Below, piece after piece: positions 31,446-41,094 of a stretch of DNA of 64,000 bases. The notes under the pieces are model-generated. The model was given only the letters and a program-made list of their open reading frames with translations, searched no databases and had not been told where the DNA came from. The position numbers and the translations under genes are program-made. The DNA lies in NCBI GenBank assembly GCA_029552745.1, contig JAKPDK010000070.1:325268-389267 (forward strand), given 5' to 3'. How positions within the stretch are numbered: position 1 is the first letter of the stretch; each line of letters begins with the position of its first letter. This DNA is from Candidatus Hydrogenedentota bacterium. Its GTDB lineage: Bacteria; Hydrogenedentota; Hydrogenedentia; Hydrogenedentales; SLHB01.

Positions 31446-32261
31446 TTATACAAATCTGCGCATGTATTCTAAACTTTTCACTGCAATTGCTTCCGGACCT
31501 GGCTCAAACTTGAACACCTCTACAGAAACATATCCGTCATAATTGATTTCTTTTAGTGCTTGAAAAATCGGGGCAAAATCTACATCACCCCAACCGGGGC
31601 CGTTCAAGTTTGAGTCGTTAGCGTGATAGTGGCGCATATACGGGGCATATTTACGAATAAGTTCAGGACGAGTCTCTTTCTCGGGGGTCATGGCTTTGGT
31701 GTCGAGCATCATTTGGAAGTTAGGGTGGCCGACGGCTTTGACCAGTTCCAATGTTTCCGCGGCGGAGGTACAAAAGTTTGTTTCCAAAGACGTTAAAGGC
31801 TCCATGCAAATCGTTACATTATAGTCTTGGCAAGCTGGCATGGCATAGCGAAACGTCTCTACGGCGTAATCAAAAGCTTGTTGATAAGACAGGTTCTCGT
31901 CCACCATTCTCTGTTTTGGTGAACCAAATATGATGAGACGTCCACCTGTATCAGCGCAAAATCTAACCAGTTCGACGAGATAATCTGCGGTGCGTTTACG
32001 AACGGCCTGGTCTGGGCTATTTATGTGCATACCATCGGGTCCTACCAAAACCCAATGAATGCCGATAATTTCCAGCCCGACTTCTTCGGCTTTTTTACGG
32101 ATTTGTTCACGGACTTGGTTTGGTATCTCGGTTACATACTGTGCCAAGGTGAAAGGGGCAATCTCTAGTCCGTGGTAACCGACCTTTTTTACATATTCGA
32201 TGGTGCGATTGATGTCATTCCAATCCTTGAAGATCTCTGAGCAAATTCCAAATTTAATCAT
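31446..32261 (-). CDS. sugar phosphate isomerase/epimerase (D-tagatose 3-epimerase-like TIM barrel)
   Basis: GLEIAP, FGSPKQR, MEPL, LDT, HYHAND, SVEVF metal ligands. Confidence 0.88.
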   Translation of the reverse strand: MIKFGICSEIFKDWNDINRTIEYVKKVGYHGLEIAPFTLAQYVTEIPNQVREQIRKKAEEVGLEIIGIHWVLVGPDGMHINSPDQAVRKRTADYLVELVRFCADTGGRLIIFGSPKQRMVDENLSYQQAFDYAVETFRYAMPACQDYNVTICMEPLTSLETNFCTSAAETLELVKAVGHPNFQMMLDTKAMTPEKETRPELIRKYAPYMRHYHANDSNLNGPGWGDVDFAPIFQALKEINYDGYVSVEVFKFEPGPEAIAVKSLEYMRRFV

Positions 32262-33633
32262 GAGTCACATTGCCTCTTTTTCTGTTTTCAGGTTTCGCCG
32301 TTTTAGGCGCGGCCTCGTCAGGATTGTAAACATACACCTGATTGCCGCCGGCTCGTTTGGCATCGTACATGACCGCGTCAGTAAATTGGATAAACGAGCG
32401 CAACGAATACCCTTCGCGATATGACATAAGACCAATGCTTAACGTCAGATTGTCAAAATGGTGCGCCTCAAAGCCTTTCCGTATGCGTTCTGCGATGACC
32501 TTTGCCTGTTCCTCATCTGCCTCGGGCAATATTACGGTAAATTCATCGCCACCGTAACGAAACGCGATATCAACCGAATTTCGTGTGCTTTCTCGTACGA
32601 CGCGCGCCAGCGTTTTCAATACACGGTCCCCCTCCAGATGGCCACGAGAGTCGTTATAGGACTTGAAATTGTCTACATCAAATAAGAGCAGGGACAGGGG
32701 ATGTCCTTGACGTTTGGCGCGTTCGATTTCTGCTTGTAGCCGGTCGTAAAAGTAGCCCTGGTTGTACAGTCCGGTAAGGCTATCCTTTATGGACATTTCC
32801 TTGAGTTCTTGCTCCAGTTTTTTCTGCTCCGTAATGTCTTTGCAAATGGCGAGCGTCGCCACAATCTTGTTGTCTGCGTCTGGCACATGGGAAACGGACA
32901 TGCTCACCGGTACAGTGGAACCATCAGCGCGTACTAGTTCTGACTCATAATTTTGCAGGGCTCTGCCTTGATGAAGCACCCGTTCGATGTAGTTCAACTC
33001 GTTTAAGCCAGCGGCAAACAAGTTCTCCGCTGGCATTCCTACCATTTCTTCTTGCTTGTAACCCAACATGCGTAACGCACCCATGTTGGCGTAATTAATC
33101 TTGCCATCCAAATCGATGGTGATAATGGCATCCACCGTACTGTTCAGTAAGTTTTCGAGGTATTTTTTTGTGGCTTGCAATTCGCTGTTGACACGTTCCA
33201 AATTACGCGTTGCCTCTTCAACGCGTTTTGCCAGGTTTTGCTGATACTCGCGGTTTTCGATAATAAGACGCCGTTTTTCGAAGGCGCGAGAAACTGAAAG
33301 CGAAATTTCGCTTAGGTTGAATGGTTTGAGCACGTAATCATCAGCGCCGACGCGCATGGCTTGGACGGCATTGCCGATTTCCATCAGTGCGGTGACAACC
33401 ACAACAGCGAGGTCTGGGTCAATTTCCTTCGCGAGACGGACGACTTCGATCCCCGACATTTTCGGCATGCGCAAATCGGTGAGGAGAAGGGCGTGTTTTT
33501 GTTCTTTGAGAATCTCTAGGGCATCAAAAGGGGAAGTCGTTAAGGTGCATTGGTACCCCTTCGACGTAAGGTAGTTCCCCAAAAGTTCAACAATACTTTC
33601 TTCGTCGTCGAGTATAAGAATGCGTTCTTCCAA
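32254..33633 (-). CDS. REC-PAS-GGDEF diguanylate cyclase
   Basis: ILDDE...TDLRMP...KPF; PAS; DSLTGLYN, DVDNFKSYND, RYGGDEF. Confidence 0.94.
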   Translation of the reverse strand: MEERILILDDEESIVELLGNYLTSKGYQCTLTTSPFDALEILKEQKHALLLTDLRMPKMSGIEVVRLAKEIDPDLAVVVVTALMEIGNAVQAMRVGADDYVLKPFNLSEISLSVSRAFEKRRLIIENREYQQNLAKRVEEATRNLERVNSELQATKKYLENLLNSTVDAIITIDLDGKINYANMGALRMLGYKQEEMVGMPAENLFAAGLNELNYIERVLHQGRALQNYESELVRADGSTVPVSMSVSHVPDADNKIVATLAICKDITEQKKLEQELKEMSIKDSLTGLYNQGYFYDRLQAEIERAKRQGHPLSLLLFDVDNFKSYNDSRGHLEGDRVLKTLARVVRESTRNSVDIAFRYGGDEFTVILPEADEEQAKVIAERIRKGFEAHHFDNLTLSIGLMSYREGYSLRSFIQFTDAVMYDAKRAGGNQVYVYNPDEAAPKTAKPENRKRGNVTHD

Positions 33634-33693
33634 AATGCCCCCGTCTTTATGCGTGGTTTCCGATCAGGTAAAAATATTGGGTTAATTAAGGAT

Positions 33694-33927
33694 TTACAAC
33701 CATTTAATTACAGCAAATGTGACAAAGAAAGCCCCGATTCCTAAAGCTTTTTGCCATCCTTTTGGCGAACGAGGATCCGTGCCTCCTTTTCCTGAGAAAA
33801 GTCCCTCAATCCCTTTTTTTTGCAGATAGTCGCTTTCTTGCGCGTGACAATCCTCGGCCAACCACAACATGAGAAGGCAGCAAAACGAAAGGAGCAATAC
33901 CGTTGCCATGATCTTTTGTCTAGTCAT
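33694..33927 (-). CDS. small exported/membrane hypothetical protein (77 aa)
   Basis: Signal peptide ending CHA-Q, C-terminal TM; RBS-like AAAGGCGAG; upstream TTGCAA-N18-TACAAT (34017-33988). Confidence 0.65.
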   Translation of the reverse strand: MTRQKIMATVLLLSFCCLLMLWLAEDCHAQESDYLQKKGIEGLFSGKGGTDPRSPKGWQKALGIGAFFVTFAVIKWL

Positions 33928-34145
33928 TGCACTCGCCTTTCTTAACGCCTTTTTCAGTGAGCACTCGCAATCCGCCTCGTCTATAGTATTGTACTTTCCA
34001 AAGTGAGAAAATTGCAAGCGGTTCTTTTCATTGCTTTTTGTGGCAGCTTCAGCAAAATCGAAGAAACGCCAAACTTCATTCATGAGAGTATGTGATTCAA
34101 TCCTACGAAGAAATTGGAGGTCGATTCAAGAAGACCAACACTTGT

Positions 34146-34174
34146 TTGACTTGTGAGTGCATACTTGATAAACT
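34146..34174 (+). promoter_or_regulatory. sigma70 promoter driving the fluoride riboswitch leader
   Basis: TTGACT (34146), 17 nt, TG-a-TAAACT (34169); inferred TSS ~34181, just before the aptamer. Confidence 0.75.
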
Positions 34175-34180
34175 GTGATA

Positions 34181-34228
34181 AAAGGGGATGGAGTTCCCCG
34201 GAATTGCCGAGTGGCTGATAACTCCTGT
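34181..34228 (+). ncRNA. fluoride (crcB) riboswitch aptamer
   Basis: GGGGATGGAGTTCCCC-GGAATT-GCCgagtGGC-TGATAACTCCTG matches the crcB motif: GGGGA/TCCCC stem, loop GGAGT pseudoknot with ACTCC (34221-34225), small GCC/GGC hairpin. Confidence 0.92.
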
Positions 34229-34261
34229 TGCGTGGGTTCACGTGACAGGAGTTTTGTTTTT
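34220..34261 (+). terminator. intrinsic terminator (riboswitch expression platform)
   Basis: AACTCCTGTTGCGTG-ggtt-CACGTGACAGGAGTT followed by TTGTTTTT; its 5' arm overlaps the pseudoknot strand. Confidence 0.88.
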
Positions 34262-34377
34262 ATCTAATTCCTGGCTTTTGTATAGGACGTCGAGTTCGTC
34301 TGGTCTTTCCGTCAGAGGACGGTTTGAACTGTACCTGATTTTGTCAGCCCGCGACGGTAGAACGGGAGTAAGTCAAC

Positions 34378-34863
34378 GTGTCGCAGGAACCTTTTGAAAA
34401 TCATCCGAAGGAAGTCATTGAAAACCACAGAAGAGTAATTTCTATCACCTTGGCGCTTTTGGATGAACGTCTCTGCAATATTGAGGCGTGGATATTAGGT
34501 CGAGAAGAAAAGGGTGTCCTATACAAAGAGGAAAACAAACTTACAGGGGAGCAACGGGAGGAGATCCGAAATGAAATCAACGCCATTCGAAACATCTTGG
34601 AGGAATTGAAAAGCACCCTGGATTTATTTCCACGAACCGTGGATTCGACCACTACTATTCGGGGAGCCTGTTACGCCGTCATGGAACCCCTATGCGAATT
34701 GGACCCAAAGCACCTAGCAGGGTATGGCAGACCGAGTGATTTTATGTTGTCCTATTTTGAACCGCGGCGCACAGAGATGTTGGCGCATATCGAGAAAGTG
34801 CTGCAGGCTGTAAGCCGTGGAAATGTTTCGGAAAAAGGGGGCAAACATGAGCCGAGAACGTGA
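34378..34863 (+). CDS. hypothetical helical protein, first gene after the fluoride riboswitch
   Basis: 161-aa ORF, GGGAG RBS, overlaps next gene. Confidence 0.8.
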   Translation: MSQEPFENHPKEVIENHRRVISITLALLDERLCNIEAWILGREEKGVLYKEENKLTGEQREEIRNEINAIRNILEELKSTLDLFPRTVDSTTTIRGACYAVMEPLCELDPKHLAGYGRPSDFMLSYFEPRRTEMLAHIEKVLQAVSRGNVSEKGGKHEPRT

Positions 34864-35527
34864 GAAACACATTCCCTACTATGTCGTTCTTGATGCTTTG
34901 AAACAATCTCAGGGTTGTTTCTTGTGTAGTCTTGAGGCTCAATCGTTGGACAACTATTTCGAGACCCTGCTGTATGAGCACGTTAATGACCCCGATGTCC
35001 GAAAAAATCTAAAGATTTCCGCTGGGTACTGCAATCGTCACGCAAGTCGCCTGGTGAAGCAAGGGGACAGTTTCGGGACATCGATTCTTTATTCTGACCA
35101 TGTAGAAAGATTCTTGGACGAAATAGAAAACTTAATAGTCTCCAGGAGGCGAAGCGAGAAAACCAAACGGGAGATTTGGTGTAACCATGTCGGTTGTCCG
35201 GCGTGTAGTTTTCAGTTCGAGACCCGCCGCCGACACATTGAGGTGTTCACGGAGTGGTTCGATGAAAGCGAGATGCTCGATGCGTTTCACAAAGGCACTG
35301 GAATGTGTATTCCTCACTTTTTTGACGCGTATTTTTCCCTTACAAAAAAAGAAAAACGGGAGCAACTATGTTCGATTGTCAGAAAGAAATACGAAGAACT
35401 TCGGGATGATTTACGAGAGTTGCAGAGAAAAAACAACTGGCGCTTTTCGAGGGAACCCGTGGGAAAAGAGCGAGACTCTTGGAAAAGGGCCGTTGATTTT
35501 GTTGCCGGTGGCGAAGGCCTTTTCTAA
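34847..35527 (+). CDS. DUF6062-like protein with two CxxC...CxxH putative Zn sites
   Basis: CFLC...YEHVNDPDVR...GYCNRH and CPAC...GMCIPH; ATG 34847 after AAGGGGG. Confidence 0.8.
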   Translation: MSREREKHIPYYVVLDALKQSQGCFLCSLEAQSLDNYFETLLYEHVNDPDVRKNLKISAGYCNRHASRLVKQGDSFGTSILYSDHVERFLDEIENLIVSRRRSEKTKREIWCNHVGCPACSFQFETRRRHIEVFTEWFDESEMLDAFHKGTGMCIPHFFDAYFSLTKKEKREQLCSIVRKKYEELRDDLRELQRKNNWRFSREPVGKERDSWKRAVDFVAGGEGLF

Positions 35528-35673
35528 CTCATATTTATGAGCGCCGCCGCGCTTCACCACCCTTTGTCCGTCTTAAAACGGTCTTGGTAAGACTCGACTT
35601 TGATTCCATCCACTCTTTCATAAGCAGGCTGAACGATTCCCAAAAAGGAAAAACCTATAAGGAGACTACTGTA

Positions 35674-36915
35674 ATGGAACAAGCATTTGCTATTGCTGCG
35701 TTATGGCTGGGACTTGCCGTTTTGGCTACCTCATTATCAAATCATCTACGCGTTTCCGTAGCCCTCATGGAGATCTGTGTTGGGGTGGTTGCGGGCGCTG
35801 TTGCAGAACGGTTTTGGGGCGCAGACAGCTTGGGAAACAATCTACCTTGGTTACGTTTTCTCGCGAGTACTGCCGCGGTGGTTTTGACTTTTCTCGCAGG
35901 GGCTGAATTGGAACCGAGTGTACTGCGCACCAAATGGAAGGAAGTCCTGATAGTTGGTTTTATAGGTTTTTTGGCTCCCTTCTTGGGATGTTCAGCGCTT
36001 GCCTATTACGTTCTGGGTTGGACGGGGCGAGCAAGTCTGCTGGCGGGTGTTGCACTTTCAACGACATCCATGGCTGTGGTCTATGCGGTGATGCTGGAAA
36101 CAGGACTAAACGTGACAGATTACGGGAAGGGAATTCTGGGGGCATGTTTCGTGAACGATTTGGGGACGGTTGTGGCTTTGGGATTACTTTTTGCTCCGTT
36201 TACGTATCGCACGGTGATATTTCTTGTTGTCCTTTGTTTATCGTTGGTCTTTTTACCCGTGATCACAAGACGTCTGATTGGGCTTTATGCCTATCGAACC
36301 GCTGCGGTTCGCACGAAATGGGTGTTGGCGGTATTGTTTGCTTTAGGGGCGTTAGCGATTTGGAGCGGCAGTGAGGCGGTACTGCCGGCATATTTGATCG
36401 GTATGGTTTTAGCTGGGGTCGCTGGAGAGGACCATCACTGGGTACGACGTTTGCGCACCTTAACTATTGGACTTCTCACTCCCTTTTACTTTATACGAGC
36501 CGGGGCGTTGGTCTCGCTGCCCGCATTGATCACGGCTCCTTTGGTGGGTCTGTTATTATTCGGAGGAAAAGTTGCAACCAAGATTTTTGGCCTTTATCCC
36601 GTGATCGGCGTTTTTCAGAAAGAGAAGAATGCCCGTTGGTATTATACGCTGCTTATGTCGACGGGATTGACCTTCGGAACAATCTCCGCTTTGTATGGTT
36701 TCACCAATGGTATTGTGGACAGGGAACAATACTCTTTACTCGTTGCGGTGGTGATTGGTAGTGCGGTTATTCCGACGCTTATTGCCAACTTCGTCTTTTT
36801 ACCGAAGCACTTGATTCCGTGCACGCCTATCGCTGATGATGAACTCGCGCAGCTGGAAAAAGAATCCTGGGACGAAACTGCAAACGGCGAGGAACCTGGC
36901 ATACAAGAAGAGTGA
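35674..36915 (+). CDS. cation:proton antiporter (CPA family)
   Basis: Multi-TM; FLAGAEL, LSTTSMAVVY, ACFVNDLG, PFYFIRAG, GGKVATK; ATG after AAGGAG. Confidence 0.9.
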   Translation: MEQAFAIAALWLGLAVLATSLSNHLRVSVALMEICVGVVAGAVAERFWGADSLGNNLPWLRFLASTAAVVLTFLAGAELEPSVLRTKWKEVLIVGFIGFLAPFLGCSALAYYVLGWTGRASLLAGVALSTTSMAVVYAVMLETGLNVTDYGKGILGACFVNDLGTVVALGLLFAPFTYRTVIFLVVLCLSLVFLPVITRRLIGLYAYRTAAVRTKWVLAVLFALGALAIWSGSEAVLPAYLIGMVLAGVAGEDHHWVRRLRTLTIGLLTPFYFIRAGALVSLPALITAPLVGLLLFGGKVATKIFGLYPVIGVFQKEKNARWYYTLLMSTGLTFGTISALYGFTNGIVDREQYSLLVAVVIGSAVIPTLIANFVFLPKHLIPCTPIADDELAQLEKESWDETANGEEPGIQEE

Positions 36916-36965
36916 CCCCAAGTTGCATAGTCTTGAACTCGCGAAGAGCAAAGAGGGCTTAGATC

Positions 36966-37154
36966 ATGCTAGCGCCGCCATTGTATGTGAGAATTTTGGC
37001 ATGGGTGTGTCGTGTGTGCCCGGTGTGTATTGTCCGAAGGAGGTTTCCCGCCTCGAGTTTCGCCAAAACTGTCAAGAAATTTGAGCAGTCTTGTCCTTTT
37101 TGTCGGGCATACGAAATCACACAGCTTTCACGGTCAAAACAACAATTGTCTTAA
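36966..37154 (+). CDS. small Cys-rich protein (CxxCPxC...CPFC)
   Basis: 62 aa, AGAGGG RBS, paired Cys motifs, fills the gap to the convergent gene. Confidence 0.6.
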   Translation: MLAPPLYVRILAWVCRVCPVCIVRRRFPASSFAKTVKKFEQSCPFCRAYEITQLSRSKQQLS

Positions 37155-37156
37155 CC

Positions 37157-38209
37157 TTAAACGCGAGTCTCCCATCGGCGTAAGCCCATTCGGGAGAGGT
37201 AAGTTGGGATGACTTGGAACGCGGGATTCAGTTGATTCAGCTCACGGACAAAGCGGCGTTTCTTTTCTCCTTCAGGTCCAAACAGCAAGGTCAGCGAGCC
37301 ACCTTTACCTCCTGCCCCGTTGACTTTCCAGCCAATTGCCCCATGGTGTCTTGCCAGGTCGATTACTTGGTCGGCTTCTTCGCTTACTAGGTGCGGATGC
37401 AATGACCGTTGTCCCTCCGTATTCTCGACCATGCAACGAGCAAATGCATCAAAATCTCCGGCATATAGCGCATTCTTGCCCGCGATTGCTGCTCTTCTCA
37501 ATGGCTCGAGCGCGGCTTCCTTATCGCGTTCATCTTTTTCCAAGCTTTGAATTACCTGTTTGTGGATATCACTAGACGAATGGGTGTGCCCCAGGAAAAC
37601 CAGAGCGAGTCGTCTTTCCAGCTCCCACCAGTCGCTATTGGGAAGATGCAGTTGAGAGACAGTGGCGTACGGATACTGAAACATTTCAATAAAACAGATG
37701 CCGCCGTAAGCGGAGCAAAGTTGGTCTTGAATACCGCATTGCAACCCCAACTTTTCGGTCTCCACTCGATGCGCCAACATTGCCACCTCGTGGGGTGTAC
37801 GGTGTCCAGGTGTCAGGGCATCAAGGGCTCCAAGCAAAGCGACCGCGACAGCGGCGGAAGTGCCGGTGGAACAACCCGCTGGTGCCGCGCAATATAGATT
37901 CACTTCAAAACACATGTTCGCTGGAATGCCCATAATATCAATCGAGGCTTCTAACAAGGGATGTTTGTCATAGTGGGTAGTCGGAGGACAAATCTCGTAG
38001 CGGTCGCCAAAGTTTTCAGCATTGATGATGATCCTGTTATTTCGTTCTTTATTCTCCGTCACGTAGACTTGGACTTCCGCGTAAGGGTACACGCCGATGT
38101 TTAGCACTGCACCTCGCCCCGCAAACCATGTATCGCTCCAGCCACCCAGGTCACAGATACGAATCGGCGCCACCGCGTTGATAATACGTCGAACATTTTC
38201 TTCGGCCAT
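37157..38209 (-). CDS. GHMP kinase, HddA (heptose-7-phosphate kinase)-like
   Basis: APIRICDLGGWSDT, PAGCSTGTSAA, GIQDQ, KVNGAGGKGG. Confidence 0.85.
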   Translation of the reverse strand: MAEENVRRIINAVAPIRICDLGGWSDTWFAGRGAVLNIGVYPYAEVQVYVTENKERNNRIIINAENFGDRYEICPPTTHYDKHPLLEASIDIMGIPANMCFEVNLYCAAPAGCSTGTSAAVAVALLGALDALTPGHRTPHEVAMLAHRVETEKLGLQCGIQDQLCSAYGGICFIEMFQYPYATVSQLHLPNSDWWELERRLALVFLGHTHSSSDIHKQVIQSLEKDERDKEAALEPLRRAAIAGKNALYAGDFDAFARCMVENTEGQRSLHPHLVSEEADQVIDLARHHGAIGWKVNGAGGKGGSLTLLFGPEGEKKRRFVRELNQLNPAFQVIPTYLSRMGLRRWETRV

Positions 38210-38372
38210 CAGAAGCGAGCCTTTCCAGCGTTTGAAAAATGAACAGCCCAAACGATTCTTTTGTATATGTTAAACCTTTTGGATTAGATTATTGAAATTC
38301 AGAACAGAAGTGTCGCAGGCGGCCTTGAAGAATGTTTGTTTTCTTAGGCCAATTTTACAAAAAGGGGAGTAT

Positions 38373-39752
38373 ATGGGAAAGAATCGCGTGGAACAACAAA
38401 AAGCCTTGCAGGGAAGCCTTCGAGCGGTCACCCGTACAGAACGTCGAGGGAAACCGAAGATAGGCAAAGAAGAGTTTCTGTCGGTTGCCCAGCGGTTTGG
38501 TCTCTCGAAACGCGCTTTGTCGCAGGTCAGCAAGATTTTAGATGGAGAGGACTGGGGCGCAGGTCCGTTTCTGGCAAATTATTATTCCAATCTCAAAGAG
38601 ACCAAGGTGCAGGAGTTTGAACGTGTTGCTCGCACCATGTTCCAGGTAAAGTATGCGTTGGGACTAAGTTCTGGGACAGCTGCGCTACACTGTGCCATGG
38701 TAGGTGCCGGTGTAGGTCCGGGGACAGAAGTGATCTGTTCGGCGATAGGTTTTTTTGCTACAGCGGCAGCGGTTGTTGCGGCAAAAGGTATTCCCGTCTT
38801 TTGTGATGTTGACGAATCGCTACATATGGATCCCCAAAAAATCGAGTCACTTATCTCGGACCGTACGGTTGCCATTGCCCCTACCCACGTAATGGGTGGC
38901 GTATGTGATATGGGACCTATTATGAGCATTGCGAGGAAGCATAATCTTAAGGTCATAGAAGACTGTGCCCAGTCTTGCGGTGCGACCTATAAAGGTAAAT
39001 ACGTGGGCACAATTGGAGACGTCGGCTGTTTTAGTATCAGCGCTTATAAGATTGTTGGTGGCGGAGAGGGCGGACTTCTCCTTACTAATGACCAGCGCAT
39101 TTGGGAGCGTGCCGCAAACACGGCGGAGTGTGGGGGGCTGTGGCGGCCAGACCGGTTTGCGCCTCCGCGTTACGAAGATGAGCTGTTTTGTGGGACGAAC
39201 TATCGCATGTCCGAATTGGAAGCGGCAGTGGACGTGCCGCAATTGCGCAAAATGCCGGCAACCGTGAACCGGTTCCGAAATGTGAGGAATCGCATTTTAT
39301 CACGTCTGAAATCCTACCGGGGTGTGACGCCACAAAAGTCAAACGATAAACAAGGGGAGATTGGCTACTTGGTTCGATTTTTCCCGGAGAGCTACGAGTT
39401 GGGAGAACGAATCGTGCGGAGTCTTAGAGAGCGTGAGATCCCCGCAGGCATGCGCGGACCAAACGCTCCTCCCGATTGGCATATCTATCACTGGATGTTT
39501 CCCATCACGCTGCAAGCCTATGCGGGCGGAGCAAATTGTCCATTTTATTGCCCCTTGTATAAGGAACGCGGCGGAAACATTAAGTACAAGAAAGGGGACT
39601 GTCCTGTTGCCGACGACTTGTTTGACCGTGTGATAAACATTAGCCTCAATCAGTGGTTGACCGCTTCGGACTGTCGCGAGTTTGCGAAAAGGATCAACGA
39701 CGCGCTCGCGGAGCATTGTCCGGCAGATCCGACTGCCCCTTCTTGGTTCTAA
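38373..39752 (+). CDS. DegT/DnrJ/EryC1/StrS PLP aminotransferase
   Basis: SSGTAALH, IEDCAQS, FSISAYKIVGGGEGG (PLP Lys), NYRMSEL. Confidence 0.9.
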   Translation: MGKNRVEQQKALQGSLRAVTRTERRGKPKIGKEEFLSVAQRFGLSKRALSQVSKILDGEDWGAGPFLANYYSNLKETKVQEFERVARTMFQVKYALGLSSGTAALHCAMVGAGVGPGTEVICSAIGFFATAAAVVAAKGIPVFCDVDESLHMDPQKIESLISDRTVAIAPTHVMGGVCDMGPIMSIARKHNLKVIEDCAQSCGATYKGKYVGTIGDVGCFSISAYKIVGGGEGGLLLTNDQRIWERAANTAECGGLWRPDRFAPPRYEDELFCGTNYRMSELEAAVDVPQLRKMPATVNRFRNVRNRILSRLKSYRGVTPQKSNDKQGEIGYLVRFFPESYELGERIVRSLREREIPAGMRGPNAPPDWHIYHWMFPITLQAYAGGANCPFYCPLYKERGGNIKYKKGDCPVADDLFDRVINISLNQWLTASDCREFAKRINDALAEHCPADPTAPSWF

Positions 39753-39771
39753 TTTTCAGGATCTTTGAGAA

Positions 39772-40986
39772 TTAGGCGTTTTTTTCAGACAGCTGACTTT
39801 CGGGCGGTTTGAAAAAGATCAAGAAGGCCACCGCACAGAGGGCTGTCAACACACAGGGTACTAGGAAAAGCTGGGACCACTGGGTGATTTCCGTACCATC
39901 GGGCTGTTTGATGGTGAAATAATTCTTGATGACCATGTAAAACATGGTACCTAAGTAATTTCCTATTCCGAGAGTTACGAGCGTAAGAAGACTTTGTGCG
40001 CTCGCACGGCTCGTAGAGGTGGCGACGTTATCTACATAGATCTGAGAGGCAACAAAGAAGAAGGTATATCCTAGACCATGAAACGCCAACGAGGCGATGA
40101 CGAGCCACAACGGCTTTTGTAAGGCGAACACGAGATAACGCAGCGGCCACGCGATCACGCCGAGGGCGAGTGTCGCGCGCAATCCCACTTTCTTTAGGAA
40201 TATGGGCAGTAGTAAAGCCATGGTAATGATTTCTGCTATTTGAGCTACTGTCATTACGGATGGGACGTTTTGTTTGGAAACGCCTATTTCCTCCAAGAAT
40301 ACGGATGTGGGAAGATAATAAAACTGTAGTTCCGTGGTCACAATGAAAGCGATGCTCAAGAAAATGGCGAAGTTCTTGTCTTTGAGCAATCCCAGGGCTT
40401 CGAGGAACGCGAATGGATTTTCCGCTTCTTTTTTGGGGGGAGTGTGAGGCAAGAAGAAGCAAAAGACGCCTAATAAGAGAGAGCATCCCCCGGCGAGATA
40501 AAACAAGTCACCTAAGACATCTGGTTCGACGATTCGGCGCCAAAATGTCAAAATCCAACCGACGGCGATCCATCCTAGCGTTCCCCAGACCCGAATTCGA
40601 CCGAAATCCCGCGAAACGTCTTTCAAGTTCTGAAAACAGATCGAATTTGTAAGCGCCAAGGTTGGGGCATACAAAAGGCAGTAAATCGCCATATAAGTCA
40701 TCATCGGTGTGAAGTTACGTTCTCTTCCCATTAGTAACAGAATGATACCACCGCACAAATGAGCAATGGCGAGAAAATACTGAGTGGGGAAATAACGGTC
40801 GGCGATTTGTCCGCCAATGAAAGGCGCCACAATGCACGCCAGCCACAATGCGCTGAAGAGCCAAGAGCTTTGCGTGTCGCTAAAGCCTATCTCCTTGAAA
40901 AAGGCATAACCCACGACGCACCATCCGCCCCAGATGGCGTATTGGAGAAACATCATTATACTTAGTCGGGTTCTCAAGAACTTCAT
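39772..40986 (-). CDS. MFS nucleoside:H+ symporter (NupG-like)
   Basis: LSIMMFLQYAIWG, GQIADRY, IRVWGTLGW, LPHTPP, RASAQ. Confidence 0.88.
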   Translation of the reverse strand: MKFLRTRLSIMMFLQYAIWGGWCVVGYAFFKEIGFSDTQSSWLFSALWLACIVAPFIGGQIADRYFPTQYFLAIAHLCGGIILLLMGRERNFTPMMTYMAIYCLLYAPTLALTNSICFQNLKDVSRDFGRIRVWGTLGWIAVGWILTFWRRIVEPDVLGDLFYLAGGCSLLLGVFCFFLPHTPPKKEAENPFAFLEALGLLKDKNFAIFLSIAFIVTTELQFYYLPTSVFLEEIGVSKQNVPSVMTVAQIAEIITMALLLPIFLKKVGLRATLALGVIAWPLRYLVFALQKPLWLVIASLAFHGLGYTFFFVASQIYVDNVATSTSRASAQSLLTLVTLGIGNYLGTMFYMVIKNYFTIKQPDGTEITQWSQLFLVPCVLTALCAVAFLIFFKPPESQLSEKNA

Positions 40987-41026
40987 ACTACATTCTCCTT
41001 CTGATTTCGCTTAACGTGTGTCATTC

Positions 41027-41055
41027 ATCCTACGCAAACAGTAGGCTTGCGTCAA
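41027..41055 (-). promoter_or_regulatory. putative sigma70 promoter of the MFS gene
   Basis: TTGACG (41055-41050), 17 nt, TAGGAT (41032-41027). Confidence 0.55.
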
Positions 41056-41094
41056 AAGGCATTGCCGAAGAGTCACATAAAGTCTTTGTAACCG

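Noticed and set aside
34188..34397. 69-aa ORF as a leader peptide
   Set aside because: Its ATG is the conserved AUG inside the fluoride aptamer and it runs through the terminator
35530..35670. Possible second fluoride riboswitch before the antiporter (GGCTGAACGATTCC)
   Set aside because: No matching 5' GGnGAUGGnGUUCnCC stem or pseudoknot partner
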